Notes: a model not told the origin generated them from the sequence alone. A DNA stretch of 64,000 bases from Octopus sinensis (GCF_006345805.1 NC_042998.1:107322001-107386000), one strand, 5' to 3'. Counted from the stretch's first letter, positions 1-12,200 are shown. Made by a program: numbers and translations.

Positions 1-28
1 CTGAAACAAGTAAAAGAATAAAAGAATG
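1..28 (+). mobile_element. 3' tail of tRNA-headed SINE (cut by window edge)
   Basis: ctgaaacaagtaaaagaataaaagaa matches the tails of the full copies ending at 2559 and 27244. Confidence 0.7.
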
Positions 29-258
29 TACAAACACGTATAAACATTTTTACATGAGCTGAGCTAAACAAATATTTAATATCTGCATTTCCATAAAATT
101 CTTATACAAATACACTCACATACACGCGAGCGAATATACTTGTATAATATATTGTATAACGATTACGTAAGCTTGTGTATTAGTTTACTTAAATCTAATA
201 ACATTTACGAGAGGTCAGTGGTCCATTTCCACACTATAGCATCGTTCTAAAAAATATA

Positions 259-724
259 TCTTTTACTTGTTTCTTACATTGGACTGTGACTATACGGGGG
301 TACCGCCTTGAAGGAATCGACCCCCATACTTAACTTTTTTAAACTTGGTATTTATTTTTCCCGTCTTCTTCAGCCGAAATGCTGAGTTACAGGGACGTAA
401 ACAAACCGACACTGGCTGTCAAGTGGTGGAGTGGAGACAAACACACACACACGCATATGTATGTATATCTCTGCGTAGCACCTTGTGCAAGCGTTTTCTA
501 CCATAGCTCTGAGCCGACCAAAGCCTTGTGAGTGGATTTCATAGATAAAAACTGTGCGTGCGTATATCTATGTGTGTGCGTGCATGCGTGCATGCGTGCA
601 TGCGTGCGTGCGTGTGCGAGCTATAGTAGAAGACATTTGCCCAAGTTTCCACGCAGTGGTAATCAACCCAGAACTATATGGTTGAGAAACAAACGTCTTA
701 TCACATAGCCACACATGTGGCTAT

Positions 725-725
<1 letters not shown>
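259..725. mobile_element. Scrambled fragments of the tRNA-headed SINE family
   Basis: Reverse tail cttttacttgtttc at ~260, plus-strand piece ccgaccaaagccttgtgagtggattt at ~515, reverse head piece gctatagtagaagacatttgcccaag at ~620. Confidence 0.6.
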
Positions 726-795
<70 letters not shown>

Positions 796-939
796 GGGAG
801 GTAATAGTGTCAGTGAGACCCAAAGGTATCAGGTAATACTGAGTAAGTGTTATGCATAGATCATAGTTAAGTACCAGGTTCGGTGATTATGCGAATAAGG
901 GGTCAAACGTAGGTCATATATCAGCGTGTGTATATAAAA

Positions 940-1253
940 AAATTTTCCGTAATGAGATAAAAAAAAACAAATGTAGATTTTAGAACATTTATAAATAGAA
1001 GGTCTTACAGCTGTTTCCAGGTTATTTATTATATCCCTTCATCAGAGACAGTGCCCTGCATATCTCACATCTATTTTCATTCCTCCTCCTCACTCTCTAT
1101 TTCGTATCTTATCTAAATTAACTATTGCTTAGCCATCTGCTAACACCGTCTCCGATGAAGGGATATAATAAATATCCTGGAAACAGCAGTAAGACCTTCT
1201 ATTTATAAATGTTCTAAAATCTACACAGCCTTCACTTTTTATCTCATTACGAA

Positions 1254-1259
<6 letters not shown>
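940..1259. mobile_element. Penelope-type inverted pseudo-LTR pair carrying minimal hammerhead ribozyme motifs
   Basis: ~115-bp inverted arms (940-1053 / 1143-1259); each contains gtct-CYGATGA-stem-GAAACAGCWGTA-agac. Confidence 0.7.
1002..1049 (-). ncRNA. Minimal type I hammerhead ribozyme motif
   Basis: Minus strand gtct CTGATGA agggatataataaataacctg GAAA CAGCTG TA agac: stem I gtct/agac, core CUGAUGA and GAAA, palindromic stem III, GUA cleavage triplet; stem II closes with a non-canonical A.G. Confidence 0.6.
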
Positions 1260-1296
<37 letters not shown>

Positions 1297-2085
1297 ATGG
1301 ATGTATATAAAGGAAATGGAAAAGAATCGCACTGTATTAAGAATACACGATTTTCATAAATATCTATGTCTGCTGTTGTTTTTGTGGTATTTTCATTAAT
1401 TGTTGTTGTCATCTACAATAAATGTCCATTTTATATTGCAATCGAATTAATTATGCGATACTTTGATTCTTCCTTTAACACCAACACCAGATTCGAGATG
1501 GCAGTAGCGTTTCTCAAGAGTTGCTGTATAGCTGCAATACAACAAACAAAGTAGTTAATTCAACCAGTCGTCGATTATGGATTAAATTTAAGAGTGACAG
1601 CTTAATAAACAACAAAGGACTTGCTTCATCCTGGGATACTCACTACACAGGTTCGTTTTGAAGAAGAAAAAAAACACTCTTCATTTCTTTTTCTTTTTTT
1701 TTTCTTTTTTTTTTTGGCAATCCAAGTTTACGCTTTAATATATTGCTTGCAGAAATGTAAGTTTCGATAGTTGCTTACAACTGGATATGTTTTTCTTTTT
1801 GCTTTACCGTTTCACTTACCATCTCTTCATCCTGTAAATATGGTTCAAAGAAATCAAGTTCGCGATCCTATTTCGATACTAGTTGAAACAGATTTGTGTC
1901 GCTAGCATTGCATGGACGTTTTATTATCTCATTGCTTTTAATTATGAAAAGTGAAGCCTTGTACCTATGAACCTTAGTAAGAAGTTAGTTAATATTCCTT
2001 GATTCTTTTTAATCTTGAACTGTCAGAGTTACACAAATCGTTGGTTTGAAAACATCTGTATTTTGCAGATATTCATACATATATA

Positions 2086-2241
2086 GGCGTAGGAGTTGCT
2101 GTGTGGTAAGAAGCTTGCTCACCAACCACATGGTGCCACCTTGGGCAAGTGTCTTCTACTATAACCTCGGGCCGACCAAAGCCTTGTGAGTGGATTTGGT
2201 GGACTGAAACTGAAAGAAGCCCGTCGTATATATGTATATAT

Positions 2242-2321
<80 letters not shown>

Positions 2322-2559
2322 TTATATATATGTATGTGAGTGTAATGTGTTTGTGTGTCTGTGTTTGTCCCCCCAACATCGCTTGACAAACGATGCTAGT
2401 GTGTTTACGTCCCCATCACTTAGCGATTCGGCAAAAGTGACCGATAGAATAAGTACTAGGCTTACAAAGAATAAGTCCTGGGGTCGATTTGCTCGACTAA
2501 AAGCGGTGCTCCAGCATGGCCGCAGTCAAATGACTGAAACAAGTAAAAGGGTAAAAGAG
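2086..2559 (+). mobile_element. tRNA-headed SINE with internal (TA)n/(TG)n microsatellite
   Basis: A-box-like ttgctgtgtggtaa head with the B-box region partly deleted, internal microsatellite, tail tgactgaaacaagtaaaag; colinear with 26710-27244. Confidence 0.85.
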
Positions 2560-2924
2560 TATACATACATACATACATACATACATGCATACATGCATAC
2601 ATACATACATACATACACATACATACATACATACATACATACATACATACATACATACATACATGTGTACATTCTTAAATGCTTAAGCAGGGACATATTA
2701 CAACGTAAAATCTATCTACACCTTGAAAATAACACGGTTGGAACATTCTAATAAAACACCAGTTTGGTACTACAAATGCGGAAATTCAACATGAGAATAT
2801 TTCATCTGCAGCTGGAGGGAAAGCAATGAGCTTTCGCACCGTAAACCGAATTATTTTAAACCCATTATTCAAATCCCTTATGCACAAGGATTTGGACATT
2901 AATAATCGTTTCTGCTATTGGCAC

Positions 2925-3110
2925 AAGACCTGGAACTTGTGGGTGGGGAAGGTAAGTGAATTCGATTACATCGACCCCAGTGCTCAGCTGGTACTTATAA
3001 CATCGAACCTAAAAGGATCAAAGACAAAGTCGACTACGGTGGAACTTGAATTCAGAACACAAAGACGGACGAAATGCCGCTAAGCATTTTATCCGGCGCG
3101 CTACATTGTG
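2925..3110 (-). mobile_element. Short SINE with Meta-like central domain
   Basis: Reverse complement of the family core ...cctttcggggtcgataaattaagtaccag...ggggtcgat seen at 6266 and 36457. Confidence 0.7.
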
Positions 3111-3244
3111 CGCTAATAATACAATATAATTATGTCTGTTAGGCCCAGCTATACAATTATATAATGACTTGAACACACAATACGGTTGTCGAAGTAATAA
3201 GTCAATATCCCATTATAAGGAAGAACAAAATATTCTTTTCTCGG

Positions 3245-3572
3245 GGGGAAGGGGCCAGTCGATTAGATCGACCCCAGTATGTAACTGGTACTTATCGACC
3301 ACAAAAGGATGAAAGGCAAAGTCAACCTCGGCGGAATTTGAACTCAGAACGTAACGGCAGACGAAATACCTATTTCTTTATTGCCCACAAGGGGTTAAAC
3401 ATAGAGGGAACAAACAAGGACAGACAAACGGATTAAGTCGATTACATCGACCCCAGTGCGTAACTGGTACTTAATTTATCGACCCCGAAAGGATAAAAGG
3501 CAAAGTCAACCCCGGCGGAATTTGAATTCACAACGTAACAGCAGACGAAATACCGTTAAGCATTTCGCTGGG
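3245..3572 (-). mobile_element. Head-to-tail dimer of the short Meta-like SINE
   Basis: Two direct copies of gtcgatta.atcgaccccag...ggcaaagtcaacc.cggcggaatttga...agacgaaatacc separated by a ~70-nt unique tail. Confidence 0.75.
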
Positions 3573-4170
3573 TCTCTCTCTCTCTCTCACTCTCTCTCCC
3601 TCTCCCTCTCTCTCTTTCTCTCTCTCTCTATCTATCTATATTTCTCTCTATCTCCCTCTCTCTCTCTCTCTTTATATCTATCTATCTCTCTCTCACTCTT
3701 TCTCTTATGTCATAGCTGCCTTCCCTCATCGATTAGCAAATTTTGAAACCACATTACTCCGTAGATCATTCAAGGGCTTGTTTCAAATATTGCTTGAAGA
3801 GCATACTGAAAACCTCCCGACTTTTTGAGACAAAGATAAGTCACTTTTCTCCTTGCTCTTCCTCCGATAAAATCGCCAGGAGGCAGATTTATGGACATAT
3901 CTAGCCCACACTCGTTTTTCTTTATCAGTGCCGACCCATATTCAGAATTATCCATTACCACAAATGAAGTTGTTATTTTTTTTTCTGTATAGTGCAATAT
4001 CTGTGTTTGCTTTGACCAATTTTTTTTTTACCTCAAGATAAAAGGATTGGATAATAAAATATTCTAAAGCGTGACAATCCAAAGCAGTGATATTTTTTCA
4101 TTTAGTGCAAACACGATAATTTGACTCTTCCATACAGCTATGTCTGAACACTCCCGCTCTCCTTCAGTAT

Positions 4171-4171
4171 C

Positions 4172-4206
<35 letters not shown>

Positions 4207-4254
4207 CAACAACAACAACAGCAGCAGCAGCAGCAGCAATAGCAGCAGCAACAC

Positions 4255-4289
<35 letters not shown>

Positions 4290-4340
4290 ATAGTAGTAGT
4301 AGTAGTAGTGGTGGTGGTGGTGGTGGTGGTGGTGGTGGTG

Positions 4341-4384
<44 letters not shown>

Positions 4385-4420
4385 GGTGGTGGTGGTGGTG
4401 GTGGTGGTGGTGGTGGTGGT

Positions 4421-4460
<40 letters not shown>
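4171..4460. repeat. Compound trinucleotide microsatellite (AAT)n(AAC)n(AGC)n(AGT)n(GGT)n
   Basis: Read directly from the sequence. Confidence 0.95.
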
Positions 4461-4461
<1 letters not shown>

Positions 4462-4802
4462 TCTATAATGGGCTCACATGATGATGCTGAGTGTTTTTAA
4501 GTATCTCATTATTAAATGATGCACGCGGCACGGAAGCCGTCAAAACAGATCTGGTCTGCAAAAGATTTTATCACTTGCCTATTCGATATTCTGAAATCGT
4601 TAATTATTGCTCAATATTGGTCAATATTTCCAGTGTATCACCTATATTCAGATCAAATAAATATTCTTATATTTTGTTTTTTATTCTTTTATGCTTTCTT
4701 TTTTTCATCTCAATTTACATACATGAATATTTTAAGCAGAGAGGCAACACATACGCATGCGCGCGTGCACACACGTGTGTGTGTTTGTGTGTGCGCGTGT
4801 GC

Positions 4803-4879
<77 letters not shown>

Positions 4880-5398
4880 TGTGTGTGCGTGTGTGAATTG
4901 TTTTATAATGATATTGGAGCATGGCTAAAGTAATAAAACGCATATTATTTATTTAGTTGCCATTTATGTTCATTTTTGTGCAAAAACTTGGTAATATGGT
5001 GCGAAAAAGTGATAATAAAGTATTGATGCAATAAAATCAATAGCTATATAGGGAATTTACTTCATATACACTAGTTTATCCACCTTTTCGAAATTGCACT
5101 CGAATGTATAACATAAAAGTGTTTGATCATTATTTACTAAAAGATTCTTCGTTTTGAAACACAATCTTCATTCAAAGAGATTATTATTATCACACTAAAA
5201 ACATGCAAACGTACGCGCATGCACACGCACAAATAGATACACATACGCACGCACACACGTTTGCACACACATATGAATGCATTTACATACACACACACAA
5301 ATACAGAGAGAGGGGGGTCGTAAAGAACGGATATATCACACTTTCGTAGTATTAGTAAATGAAAAGGATACACATTTCCTGTGGATAAAATACCAGAT

Positions 5399-5460
<62 letters not shown>

Positions 5461-5461
5461 G

Positions 5462-5630
5462 TAGGACGCCGCCACTACACACATTTTTTCTCTCCTTGTT
5501 TCTCCCTTTCTGTTGAAGAGCGTAGGCTTGAAACGTAAAATACTTTTTCTGTTCCTGAGCGTTATACTAATGCATCTGTTTGTTTTGTACACCACATGTC
5601 TTCGTCTTTTGTTGTTTTTTCGTAAATTCT

Positions 5631-5635
<5 letters not shown>
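5462..5635 (+). mobile_element. Penelope-type non-autonomous element between (TA)n tracts
   Basis: Degenerate hammerhead-like core ctgttgaagagcgtaggcttgaaacgta; homologous copy on the minus strand at 23280-23425. Confidence 0.55.
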
Positions 5636-5680
<45 letters not shown>

Positions 5681-6203
5681 TAGCTTAAAAGCCGCACTCC
5701 ACGCAGACTTTTAAGCTAGCTCCTGTGGCCCAAAACTAAAGAGAGCTAAATAGCATGGTTATAATACATTTAAAATTATGTACTATATGCTCTGTTGGTG
5801 TTTGATCAGAGGTTAAGGACGGATAAAAATTAATTCTGCAATGCAATCATTTTATTGTTCCAGTCCCAAGTTGAATCTAACTGTTGGCCAATTTATCCCA
5901 AAGTTCTTATCTCGACGTAAAGTTAACGAAGCGAATGTCATATATTTCCCGCTTGATCTCTGACGTCATCTGACAAACAGCAACCAAGATGTCGCGAATC
6001 AGCCAATCTTTACCTGCTAGAAATAGCGACCCAAATGCTTTTAAATCAGATCCCAATGCTGGATGTTCAAGAACCAAATGAAGGACAGATTTTCAATCCT
6101 GGAATCATCCTGATTCCAAAGTGGTTTAATATGTCTATGTAGAACAAAAATAGTCTGAGATACAGAGGTCCTAGACGGACAGAATTCCCGTTTATTATTA
6201 TTA

Positions 6204-6265
<62 letters not shown>

Positions 6266-6473
6266 GGGCAGCGAGCTGGCAGAATCGTTAGCGCACCGGG
6301 CGAAATGTTGAGCGGTATTTCGTCTGTCTTTACGTTCTGAGTTCAAATCCGCCGAGGTTGACTTTGCCTTTCATCCTTTCGGGGTCGATAAATTAAGCAC
6401 CAGTACTGAGGTCGATCTAATCGACTGGCTCCTCCCCCAGAATTTCAGACCTTATGCCTATAGTAAAAAGAAT
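6266..6473 (+). mobile_element. Short SINE with Meta-like domain, embedded in (TTA)n
   Basis: ggcagcgagctggcagaatcgttag...gttcaaatcc...tttgcctttcatcctttcggggtcgataaattaag; TTA repeats on both sides. Confidence 0.85.
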
Positions 6474-6495
6474 TATTATCATTGTTATTATTATT

Positions 6496-8361
6496 GCCTT
6501 TGCACAGCTTCTAACGCTAGAGATGTAGCAGTGTCAGCTGTTCACTACCTGTGAACAAAGAGAACACCTCTTATTTTTCGAGCACGTTCCGGAGTATTCG
6601 AGCGGTTCCAAGCAGTGCTATTTTCTGCAAGTGCTCCACTCTTAATGCAACCCCTATTTGTTCCACGTAATTCTCGAGATTTTTGCTCGCTGTTACCAGG
6701 GCTCCGACAATTATTGGTGCTACTGTTACCTTTTTCATCAACCACAACTGCTTAACTTCCCAAGCTAACCTGTCATATCTCTCGACTTTTCTTTCTTCCT
6801 TATCGCATACCTTGTTGTCAGCTGGCATGCTTTATCTATGATCAAGCATAGTTTTTTTTTCTTTCTCAATTAAGATTATGTCCGGCTTCCTATTCTCTAT
6901 CACATGGTCGTATTTAATCATAAAATCCCATAGGATCTTTGCATTTCTATTTTCAACGATGCCTTCAGGTTTGTGGTCGCACCAATTTTTTGCTCTGTCA
7001 AGTCCATACTTGTTGCAAAGTGTCCAATGGACAAGCCTGGCTATATTGTCGTGGCGTCTCTTATATTCCTTCTGGGCTAGTGGCGTACATTGGCTGGTAA
7101 TATGCCATACGGTTTCACCGTTTTGTCCACAGATTCTACACTTATCACTTTCTGCTATGTTGTCTAATCTGTGCTTTATGTAGTTTGTTCTTAGTGCTTG
7201 CTCTTGGGCAGCACAGATTAGAGCCTCCGTTTCTAGTTTCAAATCACCTTTTTGTCATCCACAGCCTCCTTTTTTCTCTGTCTGTTTTATCTTGAATTTC
7301 CCTATGAAATTGACCATGCATTCTTTTCTTTACCCACCTATTTTCAGTTTCATCCGTTTTCAATTTCTTGTATAGTGCTTTATCTTTTCAATCTTTCACC
7401 TACACAAGCCTGACCTTCTTACTTCTAATAATAGCGGTTCTGTAGCATTTTTTACATACCATGCTATGTTGTTTTTTTCTGCTCTAATGCCGTGTTCGCA
7501 TCCAATAAGTCCTCTTCCTCCTCTTTTTCTTGGTACATACAGTCTGTCTGTGTCAGTTTTGGGGTGGATTGACCCATATGCAGTTAGCAACTTCCTTGTC
7601 TTTTTGTCTAAACTGTTTAGTTCGTCTACTGTCCATGCGATTACCGCTGCTCCATATCTAAGTAGTGAAACCGCCGAGGTCTTGATAGCTTCGATCTTAT
7701 TCCGTCCATTTAATTTCGACTTAAGGATCAGTCTCGGTCTGCGCAAGTACTCCACTTTAAATTTTTCTGTCATTTCTTTCTCCATCAATTTATCCATTTC
7801 CAATATCCCCAAGTACTTATAGCCCGTTTCTTCTATCTGCTTCATAACCTCCCCCGACGGTATCGTTAGCTCCTCCATACATTTGATTTTGCCTGTTTTC
7901 AAGACTAACATATCACACTTTCTCAGTCCGAACTCCATTCTGATATCAGCACTGAAGGTATACACCGTATCATCGAGGGAACTGACTTAGGCTTCATCTT
8001 TACCATAAAGTTTGAAGTCGTCCATGAATAACAAATGGTTGATATTTTGTTGTCGGCTTTTGAATACATACCCAGTTTTTGCTTTCCTCAGAATCAGTGT
8101 TAGTGGTATCAAGGACAGTACAAAGATCAGTGGGAACATGTAGTCCCCTTGGAAGATGCCCCTCCTAATTTCTACTGTCCCTAAACGTCTTCCGTATACT
8201 GTCAGGTCTGTTGCCATACTTTTTCCAAGCAATCACTCAACATTCGATGCAATACCAAATAGGTTCATACACTCCGTAATCCAAGAATGTGGGATCATAT
8301 CGTACGCCTTACGATAGTCGATTCGTGACATGGCCAAGTTACTTTTCTTCCTCTTGCAATT
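6496..8361 (-). mobile_element. 5'-truncated, frameshifted R4/Dong-clade non-LTR retrotransposon (RT + CCHC + restriction-like endonuclease)
   Basis: ORF fragments [31 protein letters not shown] (RT); ALICAAQEQALRTN, CRICGQNGETVWHITSQC (CCHC); NRKPDIILIEK and PIIVGAL (RLE). Confidence 0.9.
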
Positions 8362-8376
8362 ATAATAATAATGATA

Positions 8377-8420
<44 letters not shown>

Positions 8421-8513
8421 CATTATACATGTGTGTGCGTGTGTGTGCGTGTGTGTGTGTGCGTGTGTGTGTGTGTGTGCGTGTGTGTGTGTGTCTCTCT
8501 CTCTCTCTCTCTC

Positions 8514-8544
<31 letters not shown>

Positions 8545-8710
8545 ACTGGCAATCCGTCGGTTACGATGAAGAGAATCTCAGCTGATCCGACCAACTGAAC
8601 AGCCAGCTCGTGAGATTAACGTGCAAGTGGCTGCCTTTAACGTAGTTCTCAGGAAGATTCAGCATGACACAGAATGTTACAAAGCTGAGCCTTTGAAATA
8701 CAAGTAAAAC
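8545..8710 (+). mobile_element. 3' part of a SINE/LINE-tail repeat after a (TG)n tract
   Basis: ctggcaatccgtcggttacg...gtgcaagtggctg...gattcagcatgacacagaatg resembles a recurrent cephalopod SINE tail (from memory). Confidence 0.45.
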
Positions 8711-9004
8711 TTACATTTGCCTGCTGAGGTTAGCAGCATTTCGTCCGTCTTCTAGTTCTAAGCTCAAATTGAGATTTGCGTTTCAATGCTCGTGCTCAAA
8801 ACATTGAACTACCACGCTTCAAGGATGAATATTCAATCAATATGAAATTCTCTATTATCTGGATGGCAGGGTTATCGATTTTTACTAGTTAACAGAATTA
8901 GTAATATCAAATAAGTTTCAGTACTGTGAGAAGAATTGAATTGACATTTCGGGTTGATCATCGTTATTTTCTTGAATAGTGTTCCCCACTCATTTTTTTC
9001 AAAT

Positions 9005-9200
9005 TTTGGCACGAGGCCAGCAATTTTAGGGGAGAGGTAAGTCGATTACATTGACCTCAGTATTCAACTGGTACTTATTTTATCGACCCCGAAAGGATGA
9101 AAGATAAAGTCAACCTCGGCAGAATTTGAGCTCAGAACTAGAAATGCTGCTAAGCATTATTTTCCCGGCGTACTAACGATTCTGCTGGCTCGCCAGCTTC
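9005..9200 (-). mobile_element. Short Meta-like SINE
   Basis: aactggtacttattttatcgaccccgaaaggatgaaag...gtcaacctcggc. Confidence 0.75.
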
Positions 9201-9749
9201 CCCACTTCTTTAATACTGATTGACAGTTAACATAACTGTTTACGAAGGATATAGATGCAGTCCTTATCCTCTAGAATAAACTAATAAAAAATGTATTATT
9301 AACAAACCGTATTAAATCAAGTCTTATCCTGTGCATAATACATTTTCTAGTTGCACGTATTCCTTATTTATGTTATCTCAAGAATTTTCTAATATCAACT
9401 CTGCGAGGCTGCTTCGATTAGGTTTTGCTATACTTCTGCATCTGTAAGTACAGGCTCCAGAATGTTTTTCTTTTATTTTTGAAAAACCGGCAGTTGTTCA
9501 TCCATGCAAGTTTCCTCTTTCACACCGCTGATGTCAAAGTTGCCACAAGGGATCGTTACAAGTTTGACACTAGCGTCGGCTCGAAAAGGATGATTAAAAA
9601 GGAAACTTGGCTTCGGTGAAATTTAAACTAAAAACGCAGGGAATTGGAAGAAATACTGCGAGTCATTTTAGCCAGTGTTTCAATAACTCTACGAATTCAC
9701 TGCAATATCAATTCTATAGAAAGATTCTTTTTTTCTAATTTAGTCATAA

Positions 9750-9930
9750 GACCAGCAGTTTTGAGGGAATGTTAAGTCGAGATCATCGAATCTAGTACTT
9801 GATTGATACTTTATTTTATCTAGCCCGAAATGATGAAAAGTAAAGATGACCTTAGCTGGATTTGAAATCAGAACGTAAAGAGCGAAAGGAAATACTGCCC
9901 AACTCTCTAATGATACTGCCACCCCGCAGT
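9750..9930 (-). mobile_element. Degraded short Meta-like SINE
   Basis: gatactttattttatctagcccgaaatgatgaaaagtaaagatgacc. Confidence 0.55.
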
Positions 9931-10262
9931 AGTGCAAATCAAATTGATGTCTTATTTCTGTTTTCTGTCAATTTTTTTTAGCTTTTTACTTCATTTTCTT
10001 CTTGTTAGATTTTTGTTTCAGTTATTCTTTTCTTCTCCCCGCCCCACCTCATATTGTTCCTTATCTCCTCTTCCCCTCTATCTACATTGCTTTCTCTTTT
10101 TCTTATCACATTCTTCCTCTACTCTTTTTCATTTCCCAACGTCCTCCCCCACTACCACAACGCACGAATATCTTTCTTTCTCTCCTCTTTTTTCTTTCTC
10201 TTTCCCTCTCTCTCCCTCTCTTTCTCTGACTTTCCCTCTTCCTTTCCCACTCCCGCTCTTTA

Positions 10263-10336
<74 letters not shown>

Positions 10337-10339
10337 ATA

Positions 10340-11166
10340 ATTACATTATATATAAGGGCTTAGTAAAATAAATTACTTTGCCACATACTGAACTCATTAG
10401 AAATAGCAGCTAAAGAAATTTCTTCAGCTATTTCTAATACTTAAAGAAGATCTCTCTCAGATAGTGTTTGCCTAAACTAACTCACAAAAGTATGGGGGAA
10501 AAAACATTAAAAAATCAAGTGCAAAGGTTATTTGAGAACGTACGTTTCTAGATTAGTCAATTCGACATTTCTTTCTTCAGCTCAGAATTCCTTGAATCGG
10601 ATTTGGGAACACTGAAAGTCGGGAGCATACCCTTTCGGCTTCTAATCACCTCTAGAATTCTGCTCGAACTAAAAGTGCTATCAAATTCGAATATGCAAGC
10701 GAAGAATTTCTGCTCTCCCCTTTCCACCAGCGTGGGTTAAAATTGACAAACACCATGTATTAACTGTGAAAACCGCAGAATTTAGCAAAGAGAGATGAAT
10801 TATAATTTCAACAATTGAGGGTAAAATTAATTAAGAGCTGAAGAAAGAAATGTCGAATTGACTAATCTAGAAACGTACGTTCTCAAATAACCTTTGCACT
10901 TGATTTTTTAATGTTTTTTCCCCCATACTTTTGTGAGTTAGTTTAGGCAAACACTATCTGAGAGAGATCTTCTTTAAGTATTAGAAATAGCTGAAGAAAT
11001 TTCTTTAGCTGCTATTTCTAATGAGTTCAGTATGTGGCAAAGTAATTTATTTTACTAAGCCCTTATATATAATGTAATATTTTGAATTCGCCTATAATGG
11101 TCCCTTTACATACTGAACACTTGGTGAAACTGATTAATAATTAATTAATTTTACCCTCAATTGTTG

Positions 11167-11169
<3 letters not shown>
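10340..11169. repeat. Long perfect inverted repeat element between (TA)n tracts
   Basis: 244-bp arms 10340-10583 and 10835-11078 read as exact reverse complements; a second 29-bp inverted pair at 10806-10834 / 11141-11169. Confidence 0.9.
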
Positions 11170-11201
<32 letters not shown>

Positions 11202-11659
11202 CTCTCTTGCTCATTCCTTATACCTCTGTTATCTTATTACATTACCACACAGGAGGGGAGGGGATGAGGGGAGGATAAAGGGGAGGAGGAGGAGGAGGAG
11301 GAGAAGAAGAAGAAGAAGAAGAAGAAGAGAAGAAGAAGAAGAAGAAGAAGAGAAGAAGAAGAAGAAGAAGAAGAAGAAGAAGAAGAAGAAGAAGAAGAAG
11401 AAGCTGCAACATATAATCATATTATTATATTAGGCTCAGAATCAATCGTTGTGAAATCCACCGCAGTAAGGCAAGTGGGGTCAAAAATAAAACTGATGCT
11501 GGCTGAATTTGAATATGATGCTACAGTGTTCTTAAGAAGTTTGTTTAGTAACTGTGTGGTTTTAAGTTCGATCTTACTGCACGGTACCTGGGGGCAAGTA
11601 TCTTCTACAGTAGCCTCAGTTTGACCAATATTTTGTGTGCGTGTGTGTGTGAGAGAGAG

Positions 11660-11750
<91 letters not shown>

Positions 11751-11796
11751 ATGGTCTATTTACTTCGTTAGTTTAGAATAAATTTTGACCGGCCAC

Positions 11797-12200
11797 CTAC
11801 TTAGTAGCAAGGTTGTGAAGGAAATCATCTTGTTTTAAGCTTCGTCCTTTAAATCTGAAGAAGGTCTTGCAGATTTCTATAGTCCCCGATATCGTGATCA
11901 TTTGTAACATATGAATTAAGGATTTGCACTCTCTTCCCAAGTTCAGCCATACTTTGCTCCGAACGGGTTGGTATATAACCTGTTGCTCCAATAATAATAG
12001 TTAAGAAACGGAAAGTATACCTTGGGTACTGGATTTGCAAACTCCTTCTCAGTAGTCCATAGATGTCCTCTTTCTCTTGTATTTTTCTAACCACATTCGT
12101 GTCCAGAGGGTCGCTGATTTCCACAACAGAACATATCTTTTCTTTGTGGTCCCACGCAATAATATCTGGCCAGTTGTGTTTTAAATTGGTGGCTATTTTA
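11797..12200 (-). mobile_element. 3' fragment of a second RLE-type (R4/NeSL-like) non-LTR retrotransposon
   Basis: HNWPDIIAWDHKEKICSVVEISDPLD...IIIGATGYIP, then frameshifted ISGTIEICKTFF: PD-(D/E)xK-type RLE C-terminus. Confidence 0.75.

Noticed and set aside
1366-1554. Hydrophobic-start ORF as a signal-peptide exon for the LDLa gene
   Set aside because: No phase-1 donor after the hydrophobic stretch and no other support
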